DNA of 64,000 nt from Marsupella aquatica (taxonomy: Eukaryota; Plantae; Marchantiophyta), in assembly GCA_973895155.1 (NCBI GenBank), contig OZ316893.1, positions 15,096,645 to 15,160,644 on the forward strand, written 5' to 3'. How positions within the stretch are numbered: position 1 is the first letter of the stretch; each line of letters starts with the position of its first letter. The translations under genes were made by a program, and so were the position numbers. Shown here piece by piece: positions 1-13,128 of this stretch. The notes beneath the pieces were generated by a model. The model was not told where the DNA came from. It was given only the letters and a program-made list of their open reading frames with translations, and did no database searches.

Positions 1-1291
1 AGTCACCGGTGAGCTCCCTTTCTGACCATTATACAAAGACGGATTAGGCCAATCCTTGCATGGGAGATTTAGGGCTCTGCGGTGCAAAATCTTGCACCGC
101 ACGGACACCTGTGTGGTAATGTTGGTGGCTCACTGCAGGCAAGGAGCCGTAAAGCGTGACGAAATCGTGGTGACAGAGTGAGACGAATGAGCACTGAGCC
201 ACACAGGCTCGATAACAAAGCAGAACTAAAGGCAAGTTAGAAAGAGAGCATTGAGCAGAACCTAGTATTTACGTTCTAAAATAATAATTATAACCCCAAA
301 GCGTGGATATATAGCTGATAAATTTGATACCTGATCCTCATTTGAGTACCCATCTAGATCTCAATGTTTGACAGAAACGAGATATAGATATTTTCGGTAC
401 GGTCCAGATCTTAGCCGAGGACTTAGTGAGGCACTAGCATCGTCAGACTGCCTACTCTAAATTTTACAGAGCCCATTCCTCACAGTCATCATGTTCTGCT
501 TTGATCCCTGTCGGACCCACGATATCATGTCAGACACATTGATCATGGTTATGACTTTCTCTCCGTCATACATGCTTCAATTTATTTTGCAGCATGAATT
601 TTGGTCGCAATGCAACCCAGAGGCTTCACGGATAGATCTAAGACCGTGCTACGTCCCTGACACAGTGGAATTTTTCGGTCATCTAGACGTGATAATGTGC
701 TGTAGCGACAGATTCTGTGCTCCGTGGTACGCCCTGTTAACACTGTCCATCGACCGGGCATGGAATTCTACTCACCATTAAACATTGAACGGGTAACAAG
801 ATTCTTTAATCGCTGATCTCCAACCTTGCTCGGTAACTAGGTGATATATTGTATACACAATGAAACCCTCGCTCAATGATTTCTCGAGCTGCAAACGAAA
901 AAGCTGGCGTGTGAATGCGTTTAAATGGTGTCGAATTACTCCAGGACCTACCTAGACTACTTCTGCTCACCTATTTCAGCTGCTGGCCCAGAATGCGATT
1001 ACTAATGAATCGATGTGATCGTCCCATGTCTATTTCTGAAATTGGTTGGGTTCCGACATGTAGAAATTGAGCTACTTCGGTGACATCAATTCAACCCATA
1101 CTACTATTCACTTGAACAGTTGAATAATCTTACGAGCAGCGACTTGAGCTAAGGTGCAAGATTTTTCATTTGTCTGAGCTTCAATTTTAGAGATAATTGG
1201 AAGGAAACACCAAGATCTCAACAAAAGTCAGCAACAAGGGATAATAAGAGGGAATGCGTCGTATGTACGAAGGGCAAGATCGAAAATATAC

Positions 1292-1541
1292 ATGTGTGCA
1301 AGCATTCGACGATGGTGGAGGCGTCACTGCAGAGGCGGTCGCAGAGCGGGCAGCTCAGACAATCTACCAAAGAAGCCTTCAGCACCCGCCGGTGTACAAT
1401 CTGAGTAGACTCATCTTCGCTCTCTTCCTCGTTCCTAAAGCCAACCTTTGTCTTTCCGTCCCCAACCTCCCCTTCTCCTCCCCGTTCCCTTCCAAAGATT
1501 AGAAGTCCTCCATCGAAATTCGCGACTCTCCTGTCTCCCAT
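1292..1541 (-). CDS. First coding exon of a C3HC4 RING-finger gene, BMI1/DRIP (PRC1-like E3 ligase) family; later exons not resolved
   Basis: MGDRR...LVDCLSCPLCDRLCSDASTIVECLHT followed by a GT donor at 1291. It resembles the N-terminal half of the DRIP/BMI1 RING (CPLC...ATTI.ECLHTFC). Confidence 0.7.
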
Positions 1542-1730
1542 TTCTGAACTCTCTGTGTCTAAATTCGGAGGTGCCAAGCTGTGCACTTCGAGATCAAGAA
1601 CATGAACGAAAATGTAGGGACAATCTCAGCACTGGAGGTACTTTGGACCACAGCAGAGTTCAGCAAAGAACCACCCAGTCTAGGACGAAGTAACAACTTG
1701 TACATTCAAGTGTAAGGTGGCAGCGAGCTC

Positions 1731-1760
1731 TCTTCTCTTCTTCTCTTCTTCTCTTCTCTT
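1731..1760. repeat. (CTTCT)n microsatellite upstream of the RING gene
   Basis: tcttctcttcttctcttcttctcttctctt read directly. Confidence 0.8.
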
Positions 1761-4346
1761 GGCTGGGTCTTCGCTTCGGACTGTGCAGTACTTAGTACTT
1801 AGCTTGCTAACATAGCATCTTTACCTTCATCAATCTCCTAATATACCTTTGATAATGTTCACCACCATCACCCTTTCCTTTCCCACTCTCCCTCTCTGCC
1901 TTGAAACTGAAAGACCATCGACCCATCAGTGATCAGTACACGAATCTCTCGTCTCTCTCCTCCTCTCTCTCCGAAAGCCACTGATTTGAGTATTTCAAAT
2001 GGTCTCTTCTGCCCTTACTCTCTCCTTTGAAATCTCATTCTGAACATAAATAATAAGATCCGTGGATACTCTCGGGTTCTGTTTGCTGGGTTTGGCTTGC
2101 CTGGTTTTTGGCTGGTGACGGGATATGATGGAGACATCCCGGTCGCCGTGCGACAGCATTCAAGAACAACAAAGTTGTGGTGGCTTTGATTGATTTGGAG
2201 GTTCGAACTCCTTCCAATGCAAATAATTTTGTCACTCGTTATTTTTCCAGTTAGTGGAACAAAGGAGAACCAGGAGCCGCAGTGAATGTGGCTGAACACT
2301 ATTCTGGAAAATGTAGAACAAAATTAGATAAATATGTTGTTCCCATCTTTGAAAATCAGTGACTTCTATGTCCTTCAGATTCCATGATTTTGAGATACCA
2401 ATTTTATTCTTGGTCATATTAATTTGTTAACATCATTTTTTGCAGGATCGTAATGGCAAGGGGTAACTTTGACCGTTAGGAGGCATTTGATAATCTTGGG
2501 TGAATTGTTCCTTCATCTTTGAAATGATCAGCTCATTGTGAATGCCCTCGAAATACAAGATTGGAAACTAGCGTGAAAGGCTGCACTACTCCAATTTCCA
2601 TGAAGAAGTTTAGACAGGAAACACCTACAGTACATTTGCTGCTCAACCCGTTAAATAGTTATAGTTATTAACATAGCATGCTAGACAAAGTCCATGGCTA
2701 AATGAGTGACGTAAGATCTACAGCGAGCCTACAAGACTGTGTTTATGAGTGTCTAAATTTAAACCAATCCTGCATAAGTTGTAAATAATGGAAATTGTGT
2801 TAAGATTTTCTTGCCTCTCTGAGCCCGTTCTGAATTTGTTTGTTTGACAAGTCTGCTCTAAATTTTTGATGTGTATTCAGGGCTATTTTTAACCCTTGTG
2901 CTCATAGCTTTGCAATTTTGCGCACACATAGTTAGTTCTAGCGTCTTCAAATTATGGTACAAACTGTGTTCTAATCTAGGATGCTGAGGCGGGACTGTCA
3001 TTTACCACCAACTTGTTTTGGCATTAAACCCTTGCCCATGCCAACTTCTGGACCTGGATGATTCAACTCCAGAGTACAGGAGTCCCTTGGGTACATTATT
3101 AGAACTAACTATTGTACCGTGGTTTGTCAAAATGTAGACTGTTAGTCAGTGACACGATTGCTAAGTAATCATGTCTTGTATAATTATGTGACATTAGAAA
3201 CTGACTGGTTTTATATGATGCATTAGCTTTCCTATGATAAAACACAACTTTGAAGATGAATCCCAGAGTTCATTGACGGATTTTTCATGATGACATGATA
3301 AAATGAACTCTGACAAAACCACAATTCTTCATGTCATAAGCATTCCACATGTTTCTACAGTAGTCTTGTGCTTAACTTTGGCTATCATTGGACACTACCG
3401 TATTCTGAACTGAAAGATAGAAATATAATTTTAGACTAAACCAAGTAGAGTCCAGTAGTGGGGCCTCACTACATAGGTCCATATTCAGGGGTAGTTGTTG
3501 TAAGGGTAGTTTGGCACAAAATATCCACCTATATAATCGAGGTCGAAGAGTACTCTTCAGGGCCTGTGGTCTAGAGAGAAGGCTCTAAACAATGACTCTC
3601 TGGGTGTAACTGAAGTTGTGAGTGCGAGTGAAAAACTGGGATTGTTGCAAGGTAAGTTCTGAAAATGGCAAAGGGGGCTTGCATATCTATGTTCAAAGAT
3701 CCGACACTCAGGCTAGTGTTGCATAAAATGTAGGGAGACGGACAGAAAATAAACATGGGAGTCTTGGTTTAATCTCCATATGACCAAAGAAAGAACTCTT
3801 CCAGTTTCACACTCCAAGTCCGCACTTAATTCAGGGTACGAGATAGCGAGCATAAAAATTTCATAGAAAATACTTTACAAACCTTTGTGGACAGATCCGT
3901 CAATTATTGCAGGTTTGCACTTTCTTATTCTAGGGGATGTACATGTACAATCAATCATCTTCTTCATTGCACCAGCCTTCCTCTCTGAGGGAACGGACCG
4001 GAGGAGATGAGAACTTGGAGGAAGGAAATTGAGATCTAGCTCCCGTACGACTGAAGGGAGGGCAACCGCCGTGGGAGGAGTGTTACAGAAACAATAAGGA
4101 CGGGTACTTGACAATTGAGACAATAATTCCTACAAATCTGGAGTTCACTGTCTGAGAAACGGGGCACCAATTGGCAATGGCATTGACCGTGAAAGCAAAT
4201 GCTCCACATCTTGGAAACATTAGTGAATGATAGGGTATGGTGATGGCAGGAAGCACGCTTTTCTCTCTCGCCAACTGATGTAGTTTTCAATTGGTGGGCA
4301 TGTTCGTTTGACAGGTTATGGGTCAGCTGGGAATGCAGTTTTCCGT

Positions 4347-7300
4347 TTAAAGAGCAGCCATCTGCAACATGTTCATGGGTCTGATGAATTCGCTTGCTCC
4401 AGACACGTGGTCGCAGTACATGAGCAAGTTGGCACGATCACTCAGATGATGGCGGTCCCAGAATACGTAAGACGATCGATCAGAACAGACAAATGAGGTC
4501 GGAAGGCAGGGTGTTTCTGCTCCATATTTGCCTTGCCCACAGCATGATGTATTTCCATTCGCAAAACCTGATTGCACTCCAATCAAGCAGGACAAGGGAT
4601 TCATTTCTCATCATTGCTCGTTTCGTTATCAGATGCAGAGTCAAAGACCTAGATGTAGGATATCTAGCGAAATGTGATTGAATTGCGTCAGACCGGGACA
4701 ACGGACTGGATGCACACTTTGGGTCTATGAATTGAAGCCTTCCTGGATCATAGGCATTCTTCACCGAATTTCGTAAGGGGCATTTCCAGCCGATTTTCTA
4801 GACTTGAGGATGTCTCACTGACATTGAGCACAGGGATGAAGATGTACGCAACGATTAACGAGAAATTTCAAGCAAGCCAGTCGCTACGAGGGAAATCGCC
4901 AGATAAGAATTGATGCTAATATGTGGAGAGATTGTCTGAAGATCATCCGCATGCTCCAGAGGACTGTATATAAGTCAATGCCAACTCAGAGTTTGATGAC
5001 GGAGTGACTTCCTCACGGATTGAGGTGGCTGAGCTGAAACTGCAGAAGGATATGACCGTGCACCTTGCCTATTTAGTATTGTTAAGAATAACTATAAGCA
5101 ATTGTGAGGTATGGTGGGAAGCCTATCCGGCAGCGATACGTGCAGTTAGATCATTCATCAGGTACGAGAATCCTTTGTATCCTCTGCTCTTACCTACTGT
5201 AATCAGATATTCTCTGGACATTTTACTCTCAGTTGCCCAATTCAGCAGATCATTCAGAAGCAATGGGAATCTAAATGCATACCGTAGATTACAAGGATTA
5301 ATTATCTCTGACCTACATGGTTGTCATCAAAGTCTGCGTGAAAACATAGGACTCAAGATCTCAAACATATCAAGGTAAGACTAAGCCTGTGTGGAAAGTA
5401 TTAGAAAGGTAAGATCCAGAATCTGGTAGTAACTGGGTGGAACACTCTGCCTCTGGCTTAGTTTCTTACATCCAGAGACAGGAGAGCATCGATAAAACAA
5501 ACGGATGAATACACAGATATAAATCTCGTTGCAGTGGAGACAAACTTCGTAAATTTTAATCGAATGTGTCCAAGCAGAAGGATGTACTTGCTTTGCAATT
5601 TACATTTCCTAGACAAGAATTTGTGAAGTTAATCCATCCACGAGACCAGGCAATGGTAGAAATGATAACATACCAAAGAAGGGTGGTATTTTGGATGAAG
5701 CTGATCATCTTGTCGTATTGTTGTACGGGTCAGCGTACCAGGATATATAAGCCCTTATGCTTCTTCATGAGGTCTTGTACGGATTGTTCCAAAGCCCTGT
5801 TGAAGTTTCGAACCAGTTTGTTGACTGGGGTTTCAATGCAGCTTGCATTGGGACTGTCGAAGACAAACATCTCGTTGGGGATACAGCCTAGGGGCCCAAC
5901 GCCAAATACAACAATTTCCTAGCTCCAATCTCGTATAGCGCCTGAAGCAGAGTACTTGTTAGCGGTATCATGAGTGTGAAAGCTCAGCCAGAGCGGTGTT
6001 CGGAGATGTGGACTGTTTACTCATGACGGTTGATAGTCATAAAAGTTTTCAACTGCAGGCGTCTGAAGCCTTAACACAGTAACCTCTTCCCACCAATTAG
6101 AAGAATGCCTTTAGCACGGGTAGGTTCAATACTGGCAAGATTTTCAAAAATGTCCCGTCACAGCCATATGCTACGACCTAAGTTTATATGGAACCAATAT
6201 AAGTGTGACAATAGGAGACATTCCAACTGGCCAAGACTTGTTTGTTTATTGAATTAGACAGCCGATCAAGAGTGCTGAGCTGAATTGCGGAATGTTCCTG
6301 TGGCAAGAATATGCCATGCAAACCTACTTTGATACTTAGATTGCTTACCATGACTTCTGGACCCTCAGCCATCGCTTCGATTGGTCTTTAAGACATGAAG
6401 CCTGCGAATTGTCCAAGCCTAGGAGGAATTGTAATATAGATATTGCTGAAAGGATCCTATTTCCTCAGCTGCTGGCGGGAGGTATTAACCGAGAGCTGAA
6501 AGGAGGAAAACACACATGTTGTAGCGAATAGTAGTGTACTTGCACTCAATTACCTGAAGATGTTGAACGTAAGTGCTGAGGACAAGATCCTCGTAGGCCT
6601 GGGGTTTAAATACTCTGCGAGCAGATGAGTCGGGCAGGAAATAGTTGTTGAGGTAGTCATTGCTGCCCATTATCGACATGAAGAGAAAATTGTGTATGAA
6701 ATTCCTCGCATCTACCTCGCCTCGACGACTAACAAGATCTTCTTTCAGACTGGCGAAGTAGCACAATTGCTGTGATACAGGAATTCGCCCTAGCTGACAG
6801 TGTCCAGAACAAGGTATATCGCACATGCAAGAAAATCGGGGGTCAGATAGTTCACTACATGTACAATTATTACTGTGATGTATTCTATCCTAATCTTAAT
6901 CTTAAGACGCCTTTCATAGATTTAGTCATGCTCATGTCACTGAACAAGATGAGCATTAAATCCTTCATCATCTCATGACAGTTCAGCTCATGGCGTATAG
7001 TCTTGATTAAGAGCTCCCCAATCATCTAAATATCTGAGAGTACCATAAGTGATAGCCCTGAGCATGTCCATCATTTGAAGCCATTCATTTATTTTGAAAG
7101 ACCATGGAGATTCTAGCTGCAGTGTCGATTTCGATTTTGAGTTAATTGATTATGATGCCCAGTACCATGTTTGACTGAATCAATTGGAGTATGATATGTG
7201 CATACTGACATAGTTGTAGCCCGATTCGTCGAGAATCCCAGCTCGCGCCTGATGCAAAATTTACCCCTTGCTCAAGCCCTTCCGCCCCCGATTCCTGTAG

Positions 7301-8146
7301 CATCGCCAGGTAAGCTGGAACAGGATCTATACCCAGCATAATTGCTCCCATGACCCGCACCTCGTGGTTGTGACGGTTGTGTGGATACACTTACGTTCTG
7401 AATCAGACTTGGCCAAGTAAATAATGCTAGAGGTTTTGGCGGGGCAATGTTTTTAATTCTAGTTCTACTGGCCTGGAGAAGTGTTGACATGAAAACCTTG
7501 TAACGTCAGTCATCCTACAGCTTTTCATTGGCTGCATCTTGAGTTGCAGCCTCACGAAATTGGGGGTCTTTGTGGTCCCGGTAATAAACTACTAATGTGC
7601 TTGAAAATTTGGAGTTGGAGCTCAAGGCTAGAAGACAACTTACCGCGATCAGTTTTCTACGACTGAGGACGCTTATAGTTTCCAATTAAGATTACGAGCT
7701 TCTCACAGGCCAAGACCTCACCGACTATCAGTTATTTGAAAAGATCCATGAAGGGGCAACATTGCTTAGACACTGTTTCAGCAAGTTCTTTCTCAAGTGC
7801 AGCATAAATAATGTATAGCAAATTTTATTAGGTTCTTATGATTATGAAGGTACCGTAACGACAGGGCTTTGTTTAAGCACCTATGTAGTCAGAAACTGTT
7901 CGGCCATTGCAGAAGCGGCCGGTGGGCCATCCACATCCAAAGTCTACGCCATTAGGTGGAAAATTAGCACGAGCTAGAGTCGTGAGAAAATTGTTGTTCC
8001 CATTGTCCACAAGAGAGTCCAAAAAGATGAACATTGCTGGATACAAGCCCTCGGCATTTTGCTCCTGTAGGCTGCATATGTGCTTCTCCTGCACCCCTTG
8101 CATTGCTGCAGCTACCGATGTCATTGAGAAAGAGGAGGAGAGCCAC
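4347..8146 (-). pseudogene. GDSL esterase/lipase, 5 exons, frameshifted pseudogene
   Basis: Exons at about 8146-7880 (FIFLDSLVDNGNNN...TGRFCNGRTVSDYI), 7345-7210 (GVNFASG), 6795-6555 (GSNDYLNNY), 5940-5675 (LYEIGARK..GVGPLGCIP) and 4570-4347 (CCGQG...VFWDRHH). Frameshifts after ASGA (about 7243) and after ARK (about 5915). The GDSL motif reads LDSL, and the signal-like segment is in another frame. Confidence 0.85.
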
Positions 8147-8758
8147 TAGAACAGAGCTGCCTCTCCTATTATACTTCAGATTCCCCTGCGTCTGCCAATG
8201 AATGTCGTCAATTTAGAGATTGTATCAATTGCTGTGATGTGGCAAGATTCTCGGGCCCCCATGACTTCTGCATCCAAAGAGGAACCCACGGACTAATCCG
8301 AAGTGTTCATGCCTCTACAGTAGATGCCTCAACCAGATCCAAGATGATTAGGATTTCCCACCTTTGAAACCCATCAACAAATTAATGTATTAAGAGTACA
8401 CTAACTTTAATCAGTCTGGATACAGCCCTCTCGCTGTCAATTCCATAAAAATGAATTAACTCATGATAGCTTTTTAAGCAATTACTTCTGTAATTCATAG
8501 ATGTGAAGCCCTTTTTAAAAGAGTAATTCTATGAAAGTTGTGAACTTGTCACTAACTACTGTATATGGTCACTCTGATTTGTGATGTGTACAGTACCAAC
8601 ATAGCTGGCACAGGGGTCTGCTAGCCAAATTTGTCCACGTCCAGAATGCGAATAACGATCGATCGCACGTCTAGATGCACTCAATGGTGCCAAAATGAAT
8701 GGTTTGACGAGCCGCAAGCAACTCGATCCACCGTGCTCTTGCGAGACTAAGCATAACA

Positions 8759-9150
8759 CCGGCAGCAGATGTAGGAAAAGAGAGAACGACAAAAGCCAAG
8801 AGAGGCAGTAGTCACAAATGGTGGAGAGGAGGAGAGGAGGAGACGATCTGTGAGGAAGGCGAGGCAAGGCTAAATACAGTTGCCTGCTGCTGCTCATCAG
8901 TCCGGTGGAGCACACCAACGCAACCATCGCCGAAAAGCAGACTCTCGCCAGTTTATTAATAAAACAAGTATTGATGACAATTTCTCACAATCACATGAAG
9001 CGCACTGGCTCGCGCGCTGGTCATCCTCCTCCTCCCGGGCACTCTCTCGTGCCTTTTGTCTCCCTCCCCTCCGAGACTCCTGAACAGTGCTGGCGTCAAG
9101 GGAACCTTCATCATTCACTCTTGCAAGAAACTTCTCATCACGCTTCTCAT
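8759..9150 (-). repeat. Inverted, diverged copy of the region upstream of CSLC (about 51440-51860)
   Basis: The reverse complement shares long stretches such as ctctcttttcctacatctgctgccg, tgattgtga.aaattgtcatcaata, ttttattaataaa and gagagtctgcttttcgg.gatggttgcgttg with 51440-51860. Confidence 0.85.
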
Positions 9151-9243
9151 CACGCGAACGACAACAGCAACACCAATTCGCTTTGCTTTCTTTCGCGATT
9201 CGTTTTGCTTTCTTTCACGGAGCAAGAATTTGTGAGACATAAA

Positions 9244-9587
9244 TGTTGAGTATAGACGATTATCGTAACTGCAAGCCCATGAACTATCTAATGCACAAGA
9301 GTCTACACAAAGAAATACGTGGTTCACCTCCACATGAGATTACATCTACGGGAACACACAAAAATTTTATTGCACTCTAGGTTAAATGGCCATACCAAAC
9401 ATCCATAACACAAGCTCTCCCTATCTTTCAACTAGCTCCGTAACAATGAGCCTTAGTCTCACCGGGGTCTGGCATTAGCCTTGGCTTAATATACAATAAC
9501 ATAATCACTAACATTAGCTAAGTACTAATCTGAGTTAACCTAATTGTGGTTAGCTCATGAATCACAAGACTAGAGTAATATCTAATA
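9244..9587 (-). mobile_element. Solo LTR (344 bp) of a Copia family related to the element at 32566
   Basis: TGTTGAG...CTAATA (decayed CA end) with a 5-bp TSD ATAAA on both sides. Homologous to 10782-11125 and to the reverse complement of 32566-32950. Confidence 0.85.
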
Positions 9588-9899
9588 ATAAATATAGTAC
9601 CAAAAAATGTTACATCTTTTTACTAACCTCCAAAAAACAGTTGAAATTGTTTTGTTTTCAACCCTCATTTTTTATTCACAAGAATATACAAATCTTTGGA
9701 CATTTGTCTCAACCTATCACCTTCAACAACCAACCTGGGAGGCCTGGGACCTTTGTGCTGTTGATTGTCACCTGGAGGGTTGGGACCTTTGTGCTGTTGA
9801 TTGTCATCGGGAGGGTTGTGGGTCTGCAAACAATGGCACCTTGCCATGTGGCAGCAGGAAGCCCTAACCAATGAGAACAAAAGATTGTAACCATGGTTG

Positions 9900-10620
9900 A
9901 GTTAGTGGCAATCATTGAGATGGGATTGACACGTGAGGTGGTAAATCTAAACTGTGATAGCCAAAGTGCCTTACATCTAGCTATAAATCAAATGATGAAA
10001 AGTAGAGTAAAGCACATTGGCATCAGATACCATTTATTAGGCAATCAGCATCTAATAAGTTGATTAAGCTTGTTAAGATTGATCTAGCTAATGCATTTAC
10101 CAAAGTACTTTTATTGGCGAGTTTCTCAAGACATTGTGCAACATTGCAAGTTTTGTCTGTGGAGCACAAGTAGAGTGACCTAGCATTATTGTAAGTAACT
10201 TTGTATATGATTACCCTATCCTGGATGGCTAAGGCTTAGTCCTAGTTAACCTTGGTACATAAGGAATACCTTAGTTTAGGTTTTCTTTCTAGAACTTTCC
10301 GCTGAGTATTCATATGGTTAGTAGATGTTACATACACCAAGACCAGAGTTAAGTGGGAGAGTTTGTTAGGGTTGACTCTAATCTTGCGTTAACCTCTTGT
10401 TACTTAGGCTAAACCATCATTAGGGTGTAATGGTGATTAGCCACGACTCTTGCATCTAGCATATAGAGGGGCTAGGGAGAGCTCTTCTTGAATGGAGACA
10501 TACTTATGCTCATTGTTGAGGGAGCTAGCTCGATGCTAGGAGGAGAGCTTGTACAAGGATGCTTTGTGTGGTCATGGTGGCCAAAACTTAGTAAAGCTCT
10601 TTATGCAGACATTGTCCGTA
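9900..10620 (+). mobile_element. Degraded Copia 3' fragment (end of RNase H, PPT, partial LTR)
   Basis: EMGL...CDSQSALHLAINQMMKSRVKHIGIRYH matches 38145-38412. PPT aagtgggagag at 10351 is followed by tgttagg. Confidence 0.8.
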
Positions 10621-10781
10621 GTGTATACAACTTATAAAGGAATTTTCAAAATTCAAATGTGCCAAAGCTTGCTGGTTGCGCTCATGATTGTCTCGTGCCG
10701 GTTTTCCCAACAATGAGAAGGCAACAATGCAAAACACACAATTACATCTAAGGGCTCAAAAGAATGCCACAGACTTGTTCA

Positions 10782-11125
10782 TGTTGAGCATAGACGATAT
10801 TCGTAACGGCAAGCCCATGAACCATCCAACGCACAATAGTCGACACAGAGAGATACGTGGTTCACCTCCACATGAGGCTACGTCCACGGGAACACACAAG
10901 AGCTTTACTGCACTCTAGGCTGACCGGCCATACTAAGTATCCACAACACAAGCTCTCCCTATCTCTCAACCAGCTCCGTAACAATGAGACTAAGTTCCTC
11001 CAGGGTCTGGCATCAGCCATGACTATATACACAACAGCACTACCGCTAACATTAGCTAAGTTCTAACCCGAGTTAGACTAACTGTGGTTAGCTCATGAGT
11101 CACAAGACTAGAGCAATATCTAACA
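10782..11125 (-). mobile_element. Solo LTR (344 bp), same family as 9244-9587
   Basis: TGTTGAG...CTAACA with a 5-bp TSD GTTCA on both sides. Confidence 0.92.
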
Positions 11126-12069
11126 GTTCATTTGTAATTTGAATACAAAAGCCATATTGTATTCAAAAAACCGGGAAGTCACGGCAATGTGGCGCTTTAG
11201 TGCTCCATTTTGGCTAGGGGTTATGGCGCTTGCATGATCCATGCACCCGTAGTTGTCGTCGGCCTACTACACAACCATGGTGTCCACAGGGTACTCAGTG
11301 AACCTGAACTGTGTGGTAAAGCATTTCACAAGGACATTGTTATATGGAGTGGGCCCGGAGGTCCATTTGGGAGGGAATCTGAAACTTTAGGTCTATTAAG
11401 AGAAATTTTGCATTGCATAGTTTGGACATCTTTTGGTCATCTTTTGTTCTCTTAAGTGGAAAAGTTAAGTTTTGAGACCCATTAAGTATACCTCTAAAAA
11501 AACAAAAAAAAATCAACAACAAAAAAAGTATACCTCTGGTGTCAAGAGTATTATGGAGCTGAGAGAGGCATGACTTTGTGTTAGCTCAGTTAGATAGAGA
11601 GTGATTGGTCTTAGGTTCAACTATTGTGACAAACTCTTCACTTTATGTGGGGTTTCACAGATTTCTCTTTAAAATAAAAAATAATATTATGTAAATTATT
11701 TGGCACCTATTTGAGGGCCTTAGAGACATCACATTCTATACTCGGACTTCCTGAGGAAACGGACGGAGGAGCGGGATTGGCCGCATGGTTTGCAGCGCGG
11801 ATTGAAGAGTGAGGGGCGTCTCTCGCGCTCTCGTTCTACCATAAGGACAGTCTGGGCGTGGGTTAGTGGGTTAGTGGGTTAGTCCCAGATTGCTCAAAAG
11901 AGCTTCCCGGCTGCTACCGGTCAGCTTTTTCTCCCCTGCTCCCAGATTTCTCACTTGCCGGTCAGAAATCCGAAATGGAGCCCCAGCAGAAACAGAGCGC
12001 GCGCGCATCCCCTGAGTGGAAGAGTGGAAGAGTGGGAGCTAAATCTTGTGGCGTCTAGTCCGGGGCACG

Positions 12070-12620
12070 GAACGCATAATCATGTAGCATTGGTACAGTA
12101 GCGCTGGTAGCTTGACCTGCAGTTGTTGAGCTGATGGATTAGCGTTACCTCTCGTTGTTCTCACTCTTTGGGCGGGCTCGTTTGATTTGGTCAATTCGTG
12201 CGCACCTGCAGTGGGATGCATAATGCATAATTATGTGCAGTAGCGTTATCTCTCGTTGTTGTGTTGATGCAGTAGCGTTACCTCTCGTTGTGCTCACTCT
12301 CTGGAAGCGCTCGTTGGATTAGTCAATTTGTTCGTTCCTAGAGTAGGATGCATAATTATGTGCGGTAGCATTGGTGCAGTAGCGTTCTCTCTCGCTGTTG
12401 TGTTGATGTAGTAGCGTTACTTCTCGCTGTGCTCACTCTTTGGAAGCGCTCGTTGGATTAGTCAATTTGTTCGCACCTACAGTGGGACGCATAGTTATGT
12501 GCAGTAGCATTGGTGCAGTAGCGGTGTCTCTCGCTGAGTATGCAGTAGCGTTACCTGTCGTTGTGCTCACTATTTGGGAGCCCTCGTTTCATTCGTCAAT
12601 TCGTTCGCAACTGCAGGTTG
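12070..12620. repeat. Degenerate tandem repeat upstream of SPO11-2
   Basis: Recurrent gcagtagcgttacctctcg(t/c)tg and cgctcgttggattagtcaatttgttcg blocks in 3-4 units of roughly 120-150 bp. Confidence 0.8.
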
Positions 12621-13128
12621 TTAAAGCTCCGCGCAATCTGAGCTCTATTAAACACTCTGCCTCGTTCTCAAGTCGTTCGCAACCAGGTCAAAGCATTTTC
12701 GCAACCTCCCGGAAATAAATCTTAGCTATACGACTACACGCTCTCTCGTTTTGTTCGCTACTACATCTAATTGAAGCATTCTATCAAGGCGAAGCACAGA
12801 AATCTTAGCTTTACGACCTCTGAGTCTGTGCAACGCGATTTTCGAGCATTAAGTGATTTCTGAATTTGAATTACTAAAATTTCTAGAATGATGGCTCTGT
12901 AGTTCAGTGGAACGTTTCTGCGACAATCGGAACTCCCGGCTATCATGGCAATTGAAAAAGGTAAGAATCTCGCCCGGTTTCTTCCCTATCCCGTGTGATT
13001 TCTCCCTGCGGACGGACGGACAACGATTTTGCTAGGGAGAGCCCTGACTTCACTCGGGAATGAACATTCTGAAAGTGACGATATTCACCTGCTACATTCC
13101 GTGATTCGTAGCTGAACAGGACTTAACG

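Noticed and set aside
44-235. Second exon of the RING gene
   Set aside because: No frame gave the expected FCxxC...CPxC continuation.
12070-12620. CRISPR-like array
   Set aside because: The intervening sequences are themselves repeated, so this is a degenerate tandem repeat.
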